A stretch of 64,000 bases of DNA from Myxococcota bacterium (lineage in GTDB: Bacteria; Myxococcota; UBA4151): assembly GCA_036338695.1 (NCBI GenBank), contig JAYZBQ010000015.1, forward strand, positions 64,001 to 128,000, given 5' to 3'. Under the pieces are notes generated by a model. The model worked only from the letters and a program-made list of their open reading frames with translations. It was not told the DNA's origin and ran no database searches. This document shows, one piece after another, positions 1 to 9,018 of the stretch. Each line of letters starts with the position of its first letter. Position 1 is the first letter of the stretch. The translations under genes and the position numbers were made by a program.

Positions 1-364
1 GGTTCGCCGGGCGGTCGTCGCTGGGCGGCATCAGCGCGGCCGTGACGCCGAGGAACAAGCGGTCCGTCAGCTGGAGGCGGCGGGTCACGAGATCCTAGCT
101 CGCAACTGGACGGGGCGGCGCGGTGAGCTCGATGTCGTCGCCGATAATGGGCTCGAACTCGTGGTCGTCGAGGTGCGGAGCCGATCGGATCAGGTCGACC
201 CGCTCGAGACCTTGGTGAGCCGATCCAAGTGGGCGAGCATTCGTCGCGCAACGGACGAGTTTTTATATCGTTGCCGCCTCGAGGAGCGGTTCGTCCGATT
301 TGATGTCGTGGGCGTGCACGGCGACCAACTCGAGTGGGTGGAGGACGCATGGCGACCGGCTTGA
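1..364 (+). CDS. yraN: YraN/UPF0102 family putative endonuclease, 5'-truncated by the window edge
   Basis: Frame 2 is open from base 2: ...RGRDAEEQAVRQLEAAGHEILARNW..RRGELDVV....VVVEVRSR...RFDVVGV....W.EDAW. It precedes rsmI, the usual neighbour. Confidence 0.85.
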   Translation, partial: VRRAVVAGRHQRGRDAEEQAVRQLEAAGHEILARNWTGRRGELDVVADNGLELVVVEVRSRSDQVDPLETLVSRSKWASIRRATDEFLYRCRLEERFVRFDVVGVHGDQLEWVEDAWRPA

Positions 365-1236
365 GCGGAGACGCTTTGGTTGAGCTGGCGGCGCGCTCCG
401 CGAGCGCTCCAGAGCAGGGCGTCTTGCATCTCATCGCAACGCCCATCGGACACCTCGGAGATCTGACGCTGCGGGCTGCCCGTTGCCTGGTCGAGGTGGA
501 GACCTTGTACTGCGAGGACACGAGGGTCACCGCAAAGCTGCTGGGCGCGCTCGGCGCGCGGCGGCACCTGATCAGCCTCAACGAGCACAACGAGGAGGCG
601 CGGATCGAGGCGGTGCTGGCCGATCTCGAAGCGGGGGGCTCGGTAGGGATCGCAAGTGACGCTGGGACGCCGCTGCTGAGTGATCCTGGTGCGCGCGTCG
701 TCCAAGCGGCGATCCAGGCGGGGCATCGGGTGACGACGATCCCAGGCGCGTCCGCTGCGCTGAGCGCTTTGGTCCTCTCAGGCTTCCCCGCCGCGCCCTC
801 TTTGTTTCTCGGCTTCGCGGCGCGCAAGCGGGGCCGGCTCGCTGAGCAGCTCGCACCCTTTGCTCGCGCACCGGTCACCCTCGTTTTGTTCGAAGCGCCA
901 GGGCGGGTGACCTCGTTGCTTGAGAACCTGAGCGAACTGCTCGGAGACCGCTCGGTAGTCGTGGCGCGTGAGCTGACCAAGAAGCACGAGACCATGTATC
1001 GCGGCCGCCTGAGCCAGGTACCGGAGCTCAACGAGCGCGGGGAGATGGTGGTGGTGGTCGCACCGCCAGAGCCGGCCTTGGCGCTCGAAGGCGAGCGGCT
1101 TGATCAGGAGATCCTTCGCCTGATTGAGCAGGGTCACCGGCCGAAGTCGATCGCGAAGCTCCTCGCTGCTCAGGCGGACCAAAGGACGGTTTACGCGCGC
1201 TCCGTGGAACTGCGAGCTTGCTCGCAGCGCGAGTAG
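349..1236 (+). CDS. rsmI: 16S rRNA (cytidine1402-2'-O)-methyltransferase
   Basis: ATPIGHLGDLTLRA, CEDTR, SDAGTPLLSDPG, FEAPGR and RELTKKHE motifs; GGAGG before ATG 349. Confidence 0.95.
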   Translation: MATGLSGDALVELAARSASAPEQGVLHLIATPIGHLGDLTLRAARCLVEVETLYCEDTRVTAKLLGALGARRHLISLNEHNEEARIEAVLADLEAGGSVGIASDAGTPLLSDPGARVVQAAIQAGHRVTTIPGASAALSALVLSGFPAAPSLFLGFAARKRGRLAEQLAPFARAPVTLVLFEAPGRVTSLLENLSELLGDRSVVVARELTKKHETMYRGRLSQVPELNERGEMVVVVAPPEPALALEGERLDQEILRLIEQGHRPKSIAKLLAAQADQRTVYARSVELRACSQRE

Positions 1237-1252
1237 AGGTCAGACTCCAGGC

Positions 1253-4093
1253 ATGCTGTTTCGTTTGTCACTGTCGGTCATCTTCATGCTGTCGCTGTCG
1301 GCTTGCGGTGGGAGCCAGCCAGAGGTCTGCGAGACGCGCGGCTGCGGCGCCAATGAGGTCTGTACCCCAGCGGGGGCGTGCGAACCCATCGTCTGCACGC
1401 GCCACCAGTGCATTGATCTGAACACGGCGGGGACCTGCATCGGCCGCTTCAAGCTCGAGCCAAAACCGTGTGAGGATAATCAGCTCTGCCTGAACGCCCG
1501 CTGTCAGCTCGCAGCGTGTCAGCCGGGGCAATACCGATGCGCCCCGAATGGTGCGCGCGAACGCTGCTTGGACAACGGTCAGGGCTACAACGCAGCGCCT
1601 TGCGATGAGGGGACCGGGTGTTACGAGGGCGCGTGCCTTCCGATCAGCTGCACACGCGAGAGCAACAGCTGCCTCGATCTCGAGACCCTGTTGCAGTGCA
1701 ACGACACGGGAACGACGATGGAGCGCTACAGCTGTCAGAACGGGATGCGCTGCAGCAACGGCGCGTGCCGCCCGGTGATCTGCACCCCTGGCGAGCTGGG
1801 TTGCGCTTCGGGGCAGCACGTCGGGCGCTGTAATGAGGCGGGCACAGGCTGGGGTATCGAACAGCTCTGCGACCGCCGCGTGATGGCGCAATGCTATCAA
1901 GGCGCCTGTCGCTCTCGCTGTGATCTGGAAGGCGCCTCCGGGGCGTCCTATCTCGGCTGCTCGTATCGGCCGGTTGAGCTGCCCAATCTGCGAGGCCTCG
2001 GGCATGACGAGCACCCCTTCGCCGTGACGGTGGGGAACTCGTCCGAGCACCCTGCGCGCTTGAGCGTCCTTGAGCCCGGCAACCTGCATCAGGTCACTCA
2101 GCTCGCATGGCGTGCGCCGGTGCTCTGCGATGATGGAAACTGCACGGGCGCCAACAACCGAGAGCTCAACGGACTGGTGACGTCGGGGCGCGTGGGCGCT
2201 GCGCTGACGTTCTCGCCCGAGAACCTTCAGTCCGATTACGCGACGTCGGCGTGGTACGGGGTGGACTGCCCCGATGGCGACGGGCGCTGCGCCTTGCGCG
2301 CCGATGTCGCCGGCGGGTCGCTGGGCGATCTTCGCCTGACCAATCGCGAGACCTGCGTGATCGGCGACGTGAGCTTGACGGGGCCGTGTTTCGTGACCGA
2401 GGAGCCGGTGGAGTTGTCGATCGGGTGGGGTGACCAGCGGTTGGATCTGCTCGAGGCGCACGTCGCGGGCCGGCTCAATCGAGGTCGAGACCAAGTGACC
2501 GAAGGGCGGATCGTTGGGCTGCTGACCGAGACTGCAGCGCGCCGAATTATTTTGCCGGCTACGGACAATCGCCCCCGGCGTGCGCTCGCTCTCGTTCTGG
2601 ACCCGAGCGGCTTTAGTGAAGGGTCCGACGAGTCGCCACCAGGCTGGCGCGTCGAGCTCGGGTTTACGACGCAGCGCCGAGCGGGCGAGCTGCCTGCGCG
2701 GAGCATCTCGCGGCGACAACTCAGCGCCTGGGTTCCGGCGCTGGGCGGACAGATCGATGCCGAGGTGCGATCGGAAGTGTTGACCGCAGACGGCGCCTCG
2801 CAAGGCCGGCTGACCGGGCCGGTTCAGCAGGTCGTCGTCCCCTCGGGGGCGAGCGGGATCTTCCTGCTGCGCTCCGAGCGCCGTGCCTCTGTGGGGCTCG
2901 AGGCTGCCGGTTTCAGGGTGGTCTCTTCGGTTCCGGTCAGCGCGTTTCAGTTCAACCCACTGTGCTGCAACTTTAACTACTCGAACGATGCCAGCCTGCT
3001 GTTGCCAGACCAGGCTGCGGGGACCGACTACGTGGTCATGAGCCAGCCTCACTTCGCCGACCGATCTGGGTTCTTCTCGCTCGTGGCGCTGGGTGATGGG
3101 ACGGAGGTTGAGATCACGCTGCCCCCGTCGCTGCGTGGGCGAGCCCACACGGCGGTCGATACGGGCGGTGTGATCGACTTTGACGAACAGGGCGTGGGGC
3201 GCGCAACGGTCAATGCGTACCAGAGCTTGACCGTGCGCACTCGCTTGGACAACCCGATCCCCGACCTGAGCGGCGCTCGGATCCGCTCTCAAGGGGGCGG
3301 CGTCCTCGTCTATGCTGGGCACGAGGCGATGCAGGTACCGAGCGCCATGACGGCGCCCGATCACCTCGAGGAGATGATCCCGCCTCTTGACACATGGGGC
3401 AGAGCCTTTGTCGTTGCGCGCCCGGTGCTCCGCAATCCGGACTTTGAGGAAGAGCGGACGTACTATCGCCTGCTCGCTGGACCCAACGGTGCTCGGGTGC
3501 GGATGATCGGCGGTGAGGATGGACTGCATGGTCCAGCTTCGCTCGGAGCGACCGACTGCCGGTCGCTTATGGACGAGCAGGGGTTGATCGTTTTGAGTCC
3601 GCTGGAGGTCTGCGGGATGGGTGTGCGCAGCGATTTTCGTTTAGAATCGGATCGAGCCTTATTGGTCGGTCAGCTTTTGGCGGGTCAGGAGGCGACGGGG
3701 TTGACCTTGCGCGACGCCGCAGGTGATCCGAGCTTCTCCATCCTGCCACCCGTCGATCAGCTGCGCTCCGAGTATCTGTTTACGATCCCGCCGACCTACG
3801 CTCGTGACTATGTGACGGTCGCAGCGCCGGCGAGCGCGCTGCTGATGCTCAATGGGGTCGCCGTCGACCTCGTCGCCATGGGGGATCCGAGCCGTGAGCC
3901 GTATCTTGTCGAGCCCCCGGTGGCGATCGGGGAGTCGTCTTGGGTGCGGATGACCATCCGCATCGGCGATGGCGCTCAGCGGCTCGAGAGTACGGACCCG
4001 ACGCTGCGTTTCTCCGCCATGGTGTATGCCTTTGACACCTTCGTCAGCTACGCCTTCCCAGGGGGTATGAACTTGGCGAAGGGCGCAAACTAA
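1253..4093 (+). CDS. Cys-rich lipoprotein with an IgGFc-binding-protein-like domain
   Basis: Lipobox LSAC; N-terminal Cys repeats; QFNPL..SNDASLLLP, DHLEEM, GDPS and C-terminal SYAFPGG motifs typical of this family. Confidence 0.75.
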   Translation: MLFRLSLSVIFMLSLSACGGSQPEVCETRGCGANEVCTPAGACEPIVCTRHQCIDLNTAGTCIGRFKLEPKPCEDNQLCLNARCQLAACQPGQYRCAPNGARERCLDNGQGYNAAPCDEGTGCYEGACLPISCTRESNSCLDLETLLQCNDTGTTMERYSCQNGMRCSNGACRPVICTPGELGCASGQHVGRCNEAGTGWGIEQLCDRRVMAQCYQGACRSRCDLEGASGASYLGCSYRPVELPNLRGLGHDEHPFAVTVGNSSEHPARLSVLEPGNLHQVTQLAWRAPVLCDDGNCTGANNRELNGLVTSGRVGAALTFSPENLQSDYATSAWYGVDCPDGDGRCALRADVAGGSLGDLRLTNRETCVIGDVSLTGPCFVTEEPVELSIGWGDQRLDLLEAHVAGRLNRGRDQVTEGRIVGLLTETAARRIILPATDNRPRRALALVLDPSGFSEGSDESPPGWRVELGFTTQRRAGELPARSISRRQLSAWVPALGGQIDAEVRSEVLTADGASQGRLTGPVQQVVVPSGASGIFLLRSERRASVGLEAAGFRVVSSVPVSAFQFNPLCCNFNYSNDASLLLPDQAAGTDYVVMSQPHFADRSGFFSLVALGDGTEVEITLPPSLRGRAHTAVDTGGVIDFDEQGVGRATVNAYQSLTVRTRLDNPIPDLSGARIRSQGGGVLVYAGHEAMQVPSAMTAPDHLEEMIPPLDTWGRAFVVARPVLRNPDFEEERTYYRLLAGPNGARVRMIGGEDGLHGPASLGATDCRSLMDEQGLIVLSPLEVCGMGVRSDFRLESDRALLVGQLLAGQEATGLTLRDAAGDPSFSILPPVDQLRSEYLFTIPPTYARDYVTVAAPASALLMLNGVAVDLVAMGDPSREPYLVEPPVAIGESSWVRMTIRIGDGAQRLESTDPTLRFSAMVYAFDTFVSYAFPGGMNLAKGAN

Positions 4094-4110
4094 GCCAGCG
4101 GCTGCGCCGC

Positions 4111-4914
4111 TTAGCGGTGCCCGAACAGGACCGGAGCATCGGTCTCAAGGTTCGGGTCATCAGCGGGGTCATAAAAGAGCCCAGCCTCCACGAGGACGGC
4201 GCTTGCTGGGGTGTCGGTCGCTAAGCAGGCGAGCACGAAATTGTCAGGGTCATCGTCACCAAGCGCCAGCGGCTCAATGACGGCTCCATCCGAGAGGGTC
4301 ACGTGGACGCCGGCTCGCTGCGCATCGCTCAAGGCGGAAGCGCCTGGACCGCTCACCCCTCCGTCCCAGACCAGCTGGATGATCTGCTGCGTGTCGGCAG
4401 GGCACTCGCCTTCAAAGGCTGGCGTAGCGGGTGAGAAGCGCTCAGCGAGCACCAGGCTCGGCCCCGCCGACAGCGGCGTGATCCGATCGGTTCGAGCGCC
4501 GGTCAGTGCCGCGCCGCGCTGGTCCATGAGAAACCCGGTGACATCGACCGCAACAGGAGGGCGATCGCTCGAGCCGAACTCGCCCGCAAGGAGCACCGTG
4601 CGCTGCTCGAGCGATTCTGTGGCGGGTCGAAGCGTCGCACAGGTAGGGATGACCGAATCGCCTGTTGCGGTAAGAACACGAAAGTCCTCAGGGTCGAGCG
4701 TGTCGGGATCGATACGGACCGAGAAGGTGATCGGCATCCCGTCCTGGCCGCCGACCCACGCCTCGCAGGGGAACAGAGCGAACCAAGGCAGCTCATCGAG
4801 CCCGTGGTAGGCTGCGAGGATCTCTCCGCCCGATGCGCTGACAGGGCGCGCATCCGGGACCGACATGAGGCTGCAGCCCACCAGCAGCGAACAGATCAAC
4901 ACCCGCGCCGTCAT
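4111..4914 (-). CDS. hypothetical lipoprotein
   Basis: 267-aa ORF filling the gap; lipobox LVGC; acidic motifs DDDPDN and DPADDPN. Confidence 0.7.
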   Translation of the reverse strand: MTARVLICSLLVGCSLMSVPDARPVSASGGEILAAYHGLDELPWFALFPCEAWVGGQDGMPITFSVRIDPDTLDPEDFRVLTATGDSVIPTCATLRPATESLEQRTVLLAGEFGSSDRPPVAVDVTGFLMDQRGAALTGARTDRITPLSAGPSLVLAERFSPATPAFEGECPADTQQIIQLVWDGGVSGPGASALSDAQRAGVHVTLSDGAVIEPLALGDDDPDNFVLACLATDTPASAVLVEAGLFYDPADDPNLETDAPVLFGHR

Positions 4915-4935
4915 CGATGCGTGACCCCCGCTTTG

Positions 4936-5004
4936 AGCCTGTCGGCGATTATCTCAACGGTCAACACGCTTGAAGTTGACCCGCCTCCTGCGATGCGCCA
5001 CGAA
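4936..5004. promoter_or_regulatory. back-to-back divergent sigma70-like promoters (GGTCAAC-N9-GTTGACC dyad)
   Basis: Plus strand: TTGACC(4976-4981)-17nt-CACGAA. Minus strand: TTGACC(4964-4959)-17nt-CAGGCT. Confidence 0.45.
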
Positions 5005-5031
5005 GCGTAGCCAAACAGACTAGGAGCCGCC

Positions 5032-6222
5032 ATGCGCGAAGTCGTCATCGTCGCCGCCCGTCGTACACCGATGGGGTCCTTCCAAGGGGCGCTCTCGAGC
5101 GTGCCTGCGACCACGCTCGGTGGGATCGCCATCAGCGCGTGCCTGGAGCGCTCAGGCGTTTCTGCCGATGCGGTCGATGAGGTGTTCATGGGCATGGTCT
5201 TGCCTGCAGGCGCCGGTCAGGCTCCGGCGCGGCAAGCGGCGCTGGCGGCGGGCTTACCCCAAGCCGTGCCGTGCACCACCGTGAACAAGGTCTGCGGCTC
5301 AGGCTTGCGCACGGTGATGCTCGGAGCGAGCTCGATCGCAGCCGGCGACAACGACGTGGTCGTGGCAGGTGGCATGGAGAACATGAGCTCGGCGCCTTAT
5401 CTGTTGCCCAAGGCACGCGACGGCTACCGCATGGGTCATGGCAAAGTGATCGACTCGATGGTGCACGATGGGCTGTGGGACCCTTACTCCAATTTTCACA
5501 TGGGCAACGCAGGCGAAGTCTGCGCCCGAGAGCGCTCGATCTCCCGAGAGCGACAAGATGCGTTTGCCGCGGAGAGTTACCGGCGGGCTCAAGAGGCGGT
5601 GACCTCGGGTGCGTTCGCTGAAGAGATCGTCCCGGTGACGGTCAAGGGGCGGCGCGGCGACACCGTGGTTGAGGCGGACGAAGAGCCAGGACGCGGCAAG
5701 ATCGACAAGCTGCCGGCGCTGCGCCCAGCCTTTGATAAAGAGGGCTCGATTACGGCGGGTAACGCCTCGACCATCAACGATGGCGCCGCTGCGGTGATTC
5801 TCGCTGCGCGGGAGGTCGCCGAGGCGAAGGGCTGGCCGATTTTGGCGAGCATCGTGAGCCAATCCGGTCACGCGCAGGATCCCACCTGGTTCACGACGGC
5901 GCCTGAAGGGGCGGTCCGCAAAGCCTGTGCGCGCGCCGGCATCGACGCAGCCGACATCGACCTGCACGAGATCAACGAAGCCTTCGCGCTGGTCTCGCTC
6001 GTCAACATGGACGGGCTTGGGCTCGGTCATGAGACGGTCAACGTGAAAGGGGGCGCCGTGGCGCTCGGTCACCCGATCGGTGCGAGCGGATGCCGGATCC
6101 TCGTGACCTTGCTGCATAATCTCAAAGACCACCAAAAGAGCACGGGCTGCGCGTCGTTGTGTATCGGGGGTGGTGAAGCCGTTGCGCTGGTGGTTCGGCG
6201 CGAAGCAGACTGGAGCTCGTGA
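5032..6222 (+). CDS. acetyl-CoA C-acetyltransferase (thiolase)
   Basis: NKVCGSG catalytic Cys, NEAF, GHPIGASG, CIGGG; AGGAG RBS. Confidence 0.95.
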   Translation: MREVVIVAARRTPMGSFQGALSSVPATTLGGIAISACLERSGVSADAVDEVFMGMVLPAGAGQAPARQAALAAGLPQAVPCTTVNKVCGSGLRTVMLGASSIAAGDNDVVVAGGMENMSSAPYLLPKARDGYRMGHGKVIDSMVHDGLWDPYSNFHMGNAGEVCARERSISRERQDAFAAESYRRAQEAVTSGAFAEEIVPVTVKGRRGDTVVEADEEPGRGKIDKLPALRPAFDKEGSITAGNASTINDGAAAVILAAREVAEAKGWPILASIVSQSGHAQDPTWFTTAPEGAVRKACARAGIDAADIDLHEINEAFALVSLVNMDGLGLGHETVNVKGGAVALGHPIGASGCRILVTLLHNLKDHQKSTGCASLCIGGGEAVALVVRREADWSS

Positions 6223-7082
6223 TGACGACGATTAAGACCTTAGGCGTCGTGGGCGCAGGACAGATGGGGAACGGTATCGCCCAGGTGGCGGCGGGGATCG
6301 GCCTTGAGGTGATCATGGTGGATCTCAACCCGGAGGCTTGCGCCAAGGGGAAGGCGACCATCGAGAAGTCGTTGGCGCGTTTCGTACGCAAGGAGAAGAT
6401 GACGCAAGCGCAAGCGGATCAGGTCGCCGCACGGGTGACGACCTCGAGTGAGCTCGAGTCGCTGAGCGCAGCGGATCTGGTGGTTGAGGCGATTATTGAG
6501 GACGAGGGGATTAAGCGGTCGCTGTTCGCTCAGCTGGACACGATCTGTCGCCCCGAGGTGATCCTTGCATCCAACAACAGCTCGATCTCGATCACTCGGA
6601 TCGCAGCTGCGACGACGCGCCCCGAGCGGGTTGTCGGGATGCACTTTATGAACCCGGTGCCGATCATGAAGCTCGTCGAGATCATCCGAGGGATCGCGAC
6701 GTCCGACGAGACCTTTGAGACCACCCGAGCGCTCGCTGAGCGGATGGGGAAGGTGATCAGCGGCTCGAAGGATTACCCTGGGTTCATCGTGAACCGTATC
6801 TTGATGCCCATGATCAACGAAGCCTTCTACGCTCTGTACGAGGGGATCGGCAGCGCCGAGGACATCGACTCAGGGATGAAATATGGAACAAATCAGCCGA
6901 TGGGCCCCTTAACGCTTGCGGACTTTATCGGCTTGGACACCTGCTTAGCGATCATGCGTGTCCTGCACGAGGGCTTGGGAGACGCTAAGTACAGACCTTG
7001 CCCGCTGCTGGTGCAGTACGTGGACGCGGGTTGGTATGGTCGCAAGTCCGGGCGCGGCGTTTACAACTATGCGGAAGGCTAA
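6222..7082 (+). CDS. hbd: 3-hydroxybutyryl-CoA dehydrogenase
   Basis: GAGQMGNG Rossmann motif, GMHFMNP, PGFIVNR, PMGPLTLADFIGLD. Confidence 0.93.
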   Translation: MTTIKTLGVVGAGQMGNGIAQVAAGIGLEVIMVDLNPEACAKGKATIEKSLARFVRKEKMTQAQADQVAARVTTSSELESLSAADLVVEAIIEDEGIKRSLFAQLDTICRPEVILASNNSSISITRIAAATTRPERVVGMHFMNPVPIMKLVEIIRGIATSDETFETTRALAERMGKVISGSKDYPGFIVNRILMPMINEAFYALYEGIGSAEDIDSGMKYGTNQPMGPLTLADFIGLDTCLAIMRVLHEGLGDAKYRPCPLLVQYVDAGWYGRKSGRGVYNYAEG

Positions 7083-7085
7083 ATC

Positions 7086-7862
7086 ATGAGTGTCGTGCTG
7101 ACGTCGATCGAGGGTGCTGTAGCGACCGTGACGGTCAACCGGCCGGAGGCGCTCAACGCCATCAATACCGAGGTGCTTCATGGTCTCGAGGCGGCGTTCG
7201 CTGACGTGGAGTCGAGGGGTGAGGTCGGCGCAGCGGTGCTGACCGGTGCCGGCACCAAGGCCTTCGTCGCCGGGGCAGACATCAAGGCGATGCAGCACTT
7301 TGGCGCCGAAGAGGCGCGGGCGTTTTCTGCTCTTGGGCATCGGGTCTTCGCCATGATGGAGCAGAGCCGGTTGGTCTGGATTGCGGCGGTTGAGGGCTTC
7401 TGCCTGGGCGGTGGCTGCGAGCTGGCGATGGCGGCTGACTGGATTAACGCCTCAGCGAAGTCAAAGTTCGGACAGCCGGAGGTCAACCTCGGGCTCATCC
7501 CGGGTTTCGGTGGCACGATCCGGTTGGTGCGGCGAGTCGGTCAAGCCAAAGCGCTCGAGCTCTGCAGCACCGCGGAGATGGTGCGTGGGGAAGAGGCGCT
7601 GCGGATCGGCTTGGTGAACGCGCTCTTTGAGCCCGGCGACGTGCTCGAGAAGACGCAGGCTCAAGCGGCGGTGATCGCAGCCAAGGGGCGTCTGGCTGTC
7701 GCCAACGCCAAGCGCGTCATTCGCGCCGGCGCCGACCTGCCAGCAGAGCGCGGGAACGCATTCGAGCAGCAAGCCTTTGGGATCCAGTTCGGGACCGCTG
7801 ACGGGCAAGAAGGAATGGCGGCGTTTATCGAGAAGCGCAGCGCTGAGTTTTCGGGGAAGTAA
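7086..7862 (+). CDS. crt: enoyl-CoA hydratase (crotonase)
   Basis: AFVAGADI, GGGCELA and QPEVNLGLIPGFGG, with both catalytic Glu present. Confidence 0.88.
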   Translation: MSVVLTSIEGAVATVTVNRPEALNAINTEVLHGLEAAFADVESRGEVGAAVLTGAGTKAFVAGADIKAMQHFGAEEARAFSALGHRVFAMMEQSRLVWIAAVEGFCLGGGCELAMAADWINASAKSKFGQPEVNLGLIPGFGGTIRLVRRVGQAKALELCSTAEMVRGEEALRIGLVNALFEPGDVLEKTQAQAAVIAAKGRLAVANAKRVIRAGADLPAERGNAFEQQAFGIQFGTADGQEGMAAFIEKRSAEFSGK

Positions 7863-7866
7863 GCAG

Positions 7867-9018
7867 ATGGATTTTAGGCTCAACGAAGAGCAGCAGATGT
7901 TCAAGGACACCTGCGCAGCGCTCGCAGATGACGCCCTGGCGCCGAACGCAGGTGCCTGGGATCAAGGGCACGAGTACCCGGCCGATGCGGTCGCAACGAT
8001 GGCCGAGATGGGGTTGATGGGGATCGCCGTACCGGACTCAGAGGGCGGCACGGGCGCCGACAATCTAACCTACGCGATCACGATGGAAGAGATCAGCCGC
8101 GGCTGCGCCTCGTGCGGCGTGATCATGAGCGTCAACAACTCACTGTATTGCGACCCGGTGCATCGTTACGCACGCCCGGAGCAGCGCGCCGAGTGGTTAG
8201 CCCCGTACGCCAGCGGGGAAAAGCTCGGCGCCTTTGCGCTGACGGAGCCTGGCAACGGCTCGGACGCCGCAGCGATGCGGACGACCGCCGTGCTCGATGG
8301 TGACGAGTACATCCTCAACGGGACCAAGGCGTGGATCACCAACGCCTACGAGGCGGACGCCTTCATCGTGTTTGCCACGACGGATAAGGCTGCCAAGCAC
8401 CGTGGCGTCTCAGCGTTCTTGGTCGCCAAGGATACGCCGGGCTTCAGCCTGGGAAAAAAGGAAGACAAGCTTGGGATTCGTGCGTCCTCGACGGCGCAAC
8501 TCTTCTTCGAGAATTGCAGGGTCCCTGTAGCGAATTTGCTCGGGCAGCTCGGCGAGGGATTTAAGGTTGCGATGAGCACGCTCGATGGTGGGCGGATCGG
8601 GATCGCAGCGCAGGCGCTTGGGATCGCCGAGGCCGCCTTTCGGGCGGCTCGAGATTACAGCCTCGAGCGTAAAAGCTTTGGTAAGCCGATCGCTGAGCAC
8701 CAGGCGATCGCCTTCAAGCTCGCAGACATGGCGACCCGCATCGAGGTGGCGCGTCTGCTGACCTATCAAGCCGCCCAGCTCAAGGACGCGAAGATGGAGT
8801 ATGGCAAAGCGAGCGCTATGGCGAAGCTCGCTGCCGCCGAGACCGCCATGTGGGTGACGACCCAAGCGATCCAGGTGTTCGGTGGGAATGGCTACGTGAC
8901 TGAGTACCCGGTCGAGCGTCACTTTCGGGACGCCAAGATCACTGAGATCTACGAGGGGACCAGCGAGGTGCAGCGGATCGTGATCGCCCGTGCGGTCTTG
9001 CAGGAGGTGCTGCGATGA
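7867..9018 (+). CDS. short-chain acyl-CoA dehydrogenase
   Basis: FALTEPGNGSDA, NGTKAWITN, GRIGIAAQALG, IYEGTSE. Confidence 0.93.
   Translation: MDFRLNEEQQMFKDTCAALADDALAPNAGAWDQGHEYPADAVATMAEMGLMGIAVPDSEGGTGADNLTYAITMEEISRGCASCGVIMSVNNSLYCDPVHRYARPEQRAEWLAPYASGEKLGAFALTEPGNGSDAAAMRTTAVLDGDEYILNGTKAWITNAYEADAFIVFATTDKAAKHRGVSAFLVAKDTPGFSLGKKEDKLGIRASSTAQLFFENCRVPVANLLGQLGEGFKVAMSTLDGGRIGIAAQALGIAEAAFRAARDYSLERKSFGKPIAEHQAIAFKLADMATRIEVARLLTYQAAQLKDAKMEYGKASAMAKLAAAETAMWVTTQAIQVFGGNGYVTEYPVERHFRDAKITEIYEGTSEVQRIVIARAVLQEVLR

Noticed and set aside
1268..3529. 753-aa minus-strand ORF, and similar long antisense ORFs at 17040-18557, 35958-37649, 37741-39489, 49193-50965 and 54416-55510
   Set aside because: These are shadow ORFs opposite well-supported genes, expected from high GC3 codon bias. 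They have no motifs and atypical composition.
6565..6590. hbd motif ASNNSS instead of ASNTSS
   Set aside because: This is a single substitution with all other catalytic motifs intact, too weak to interpret.
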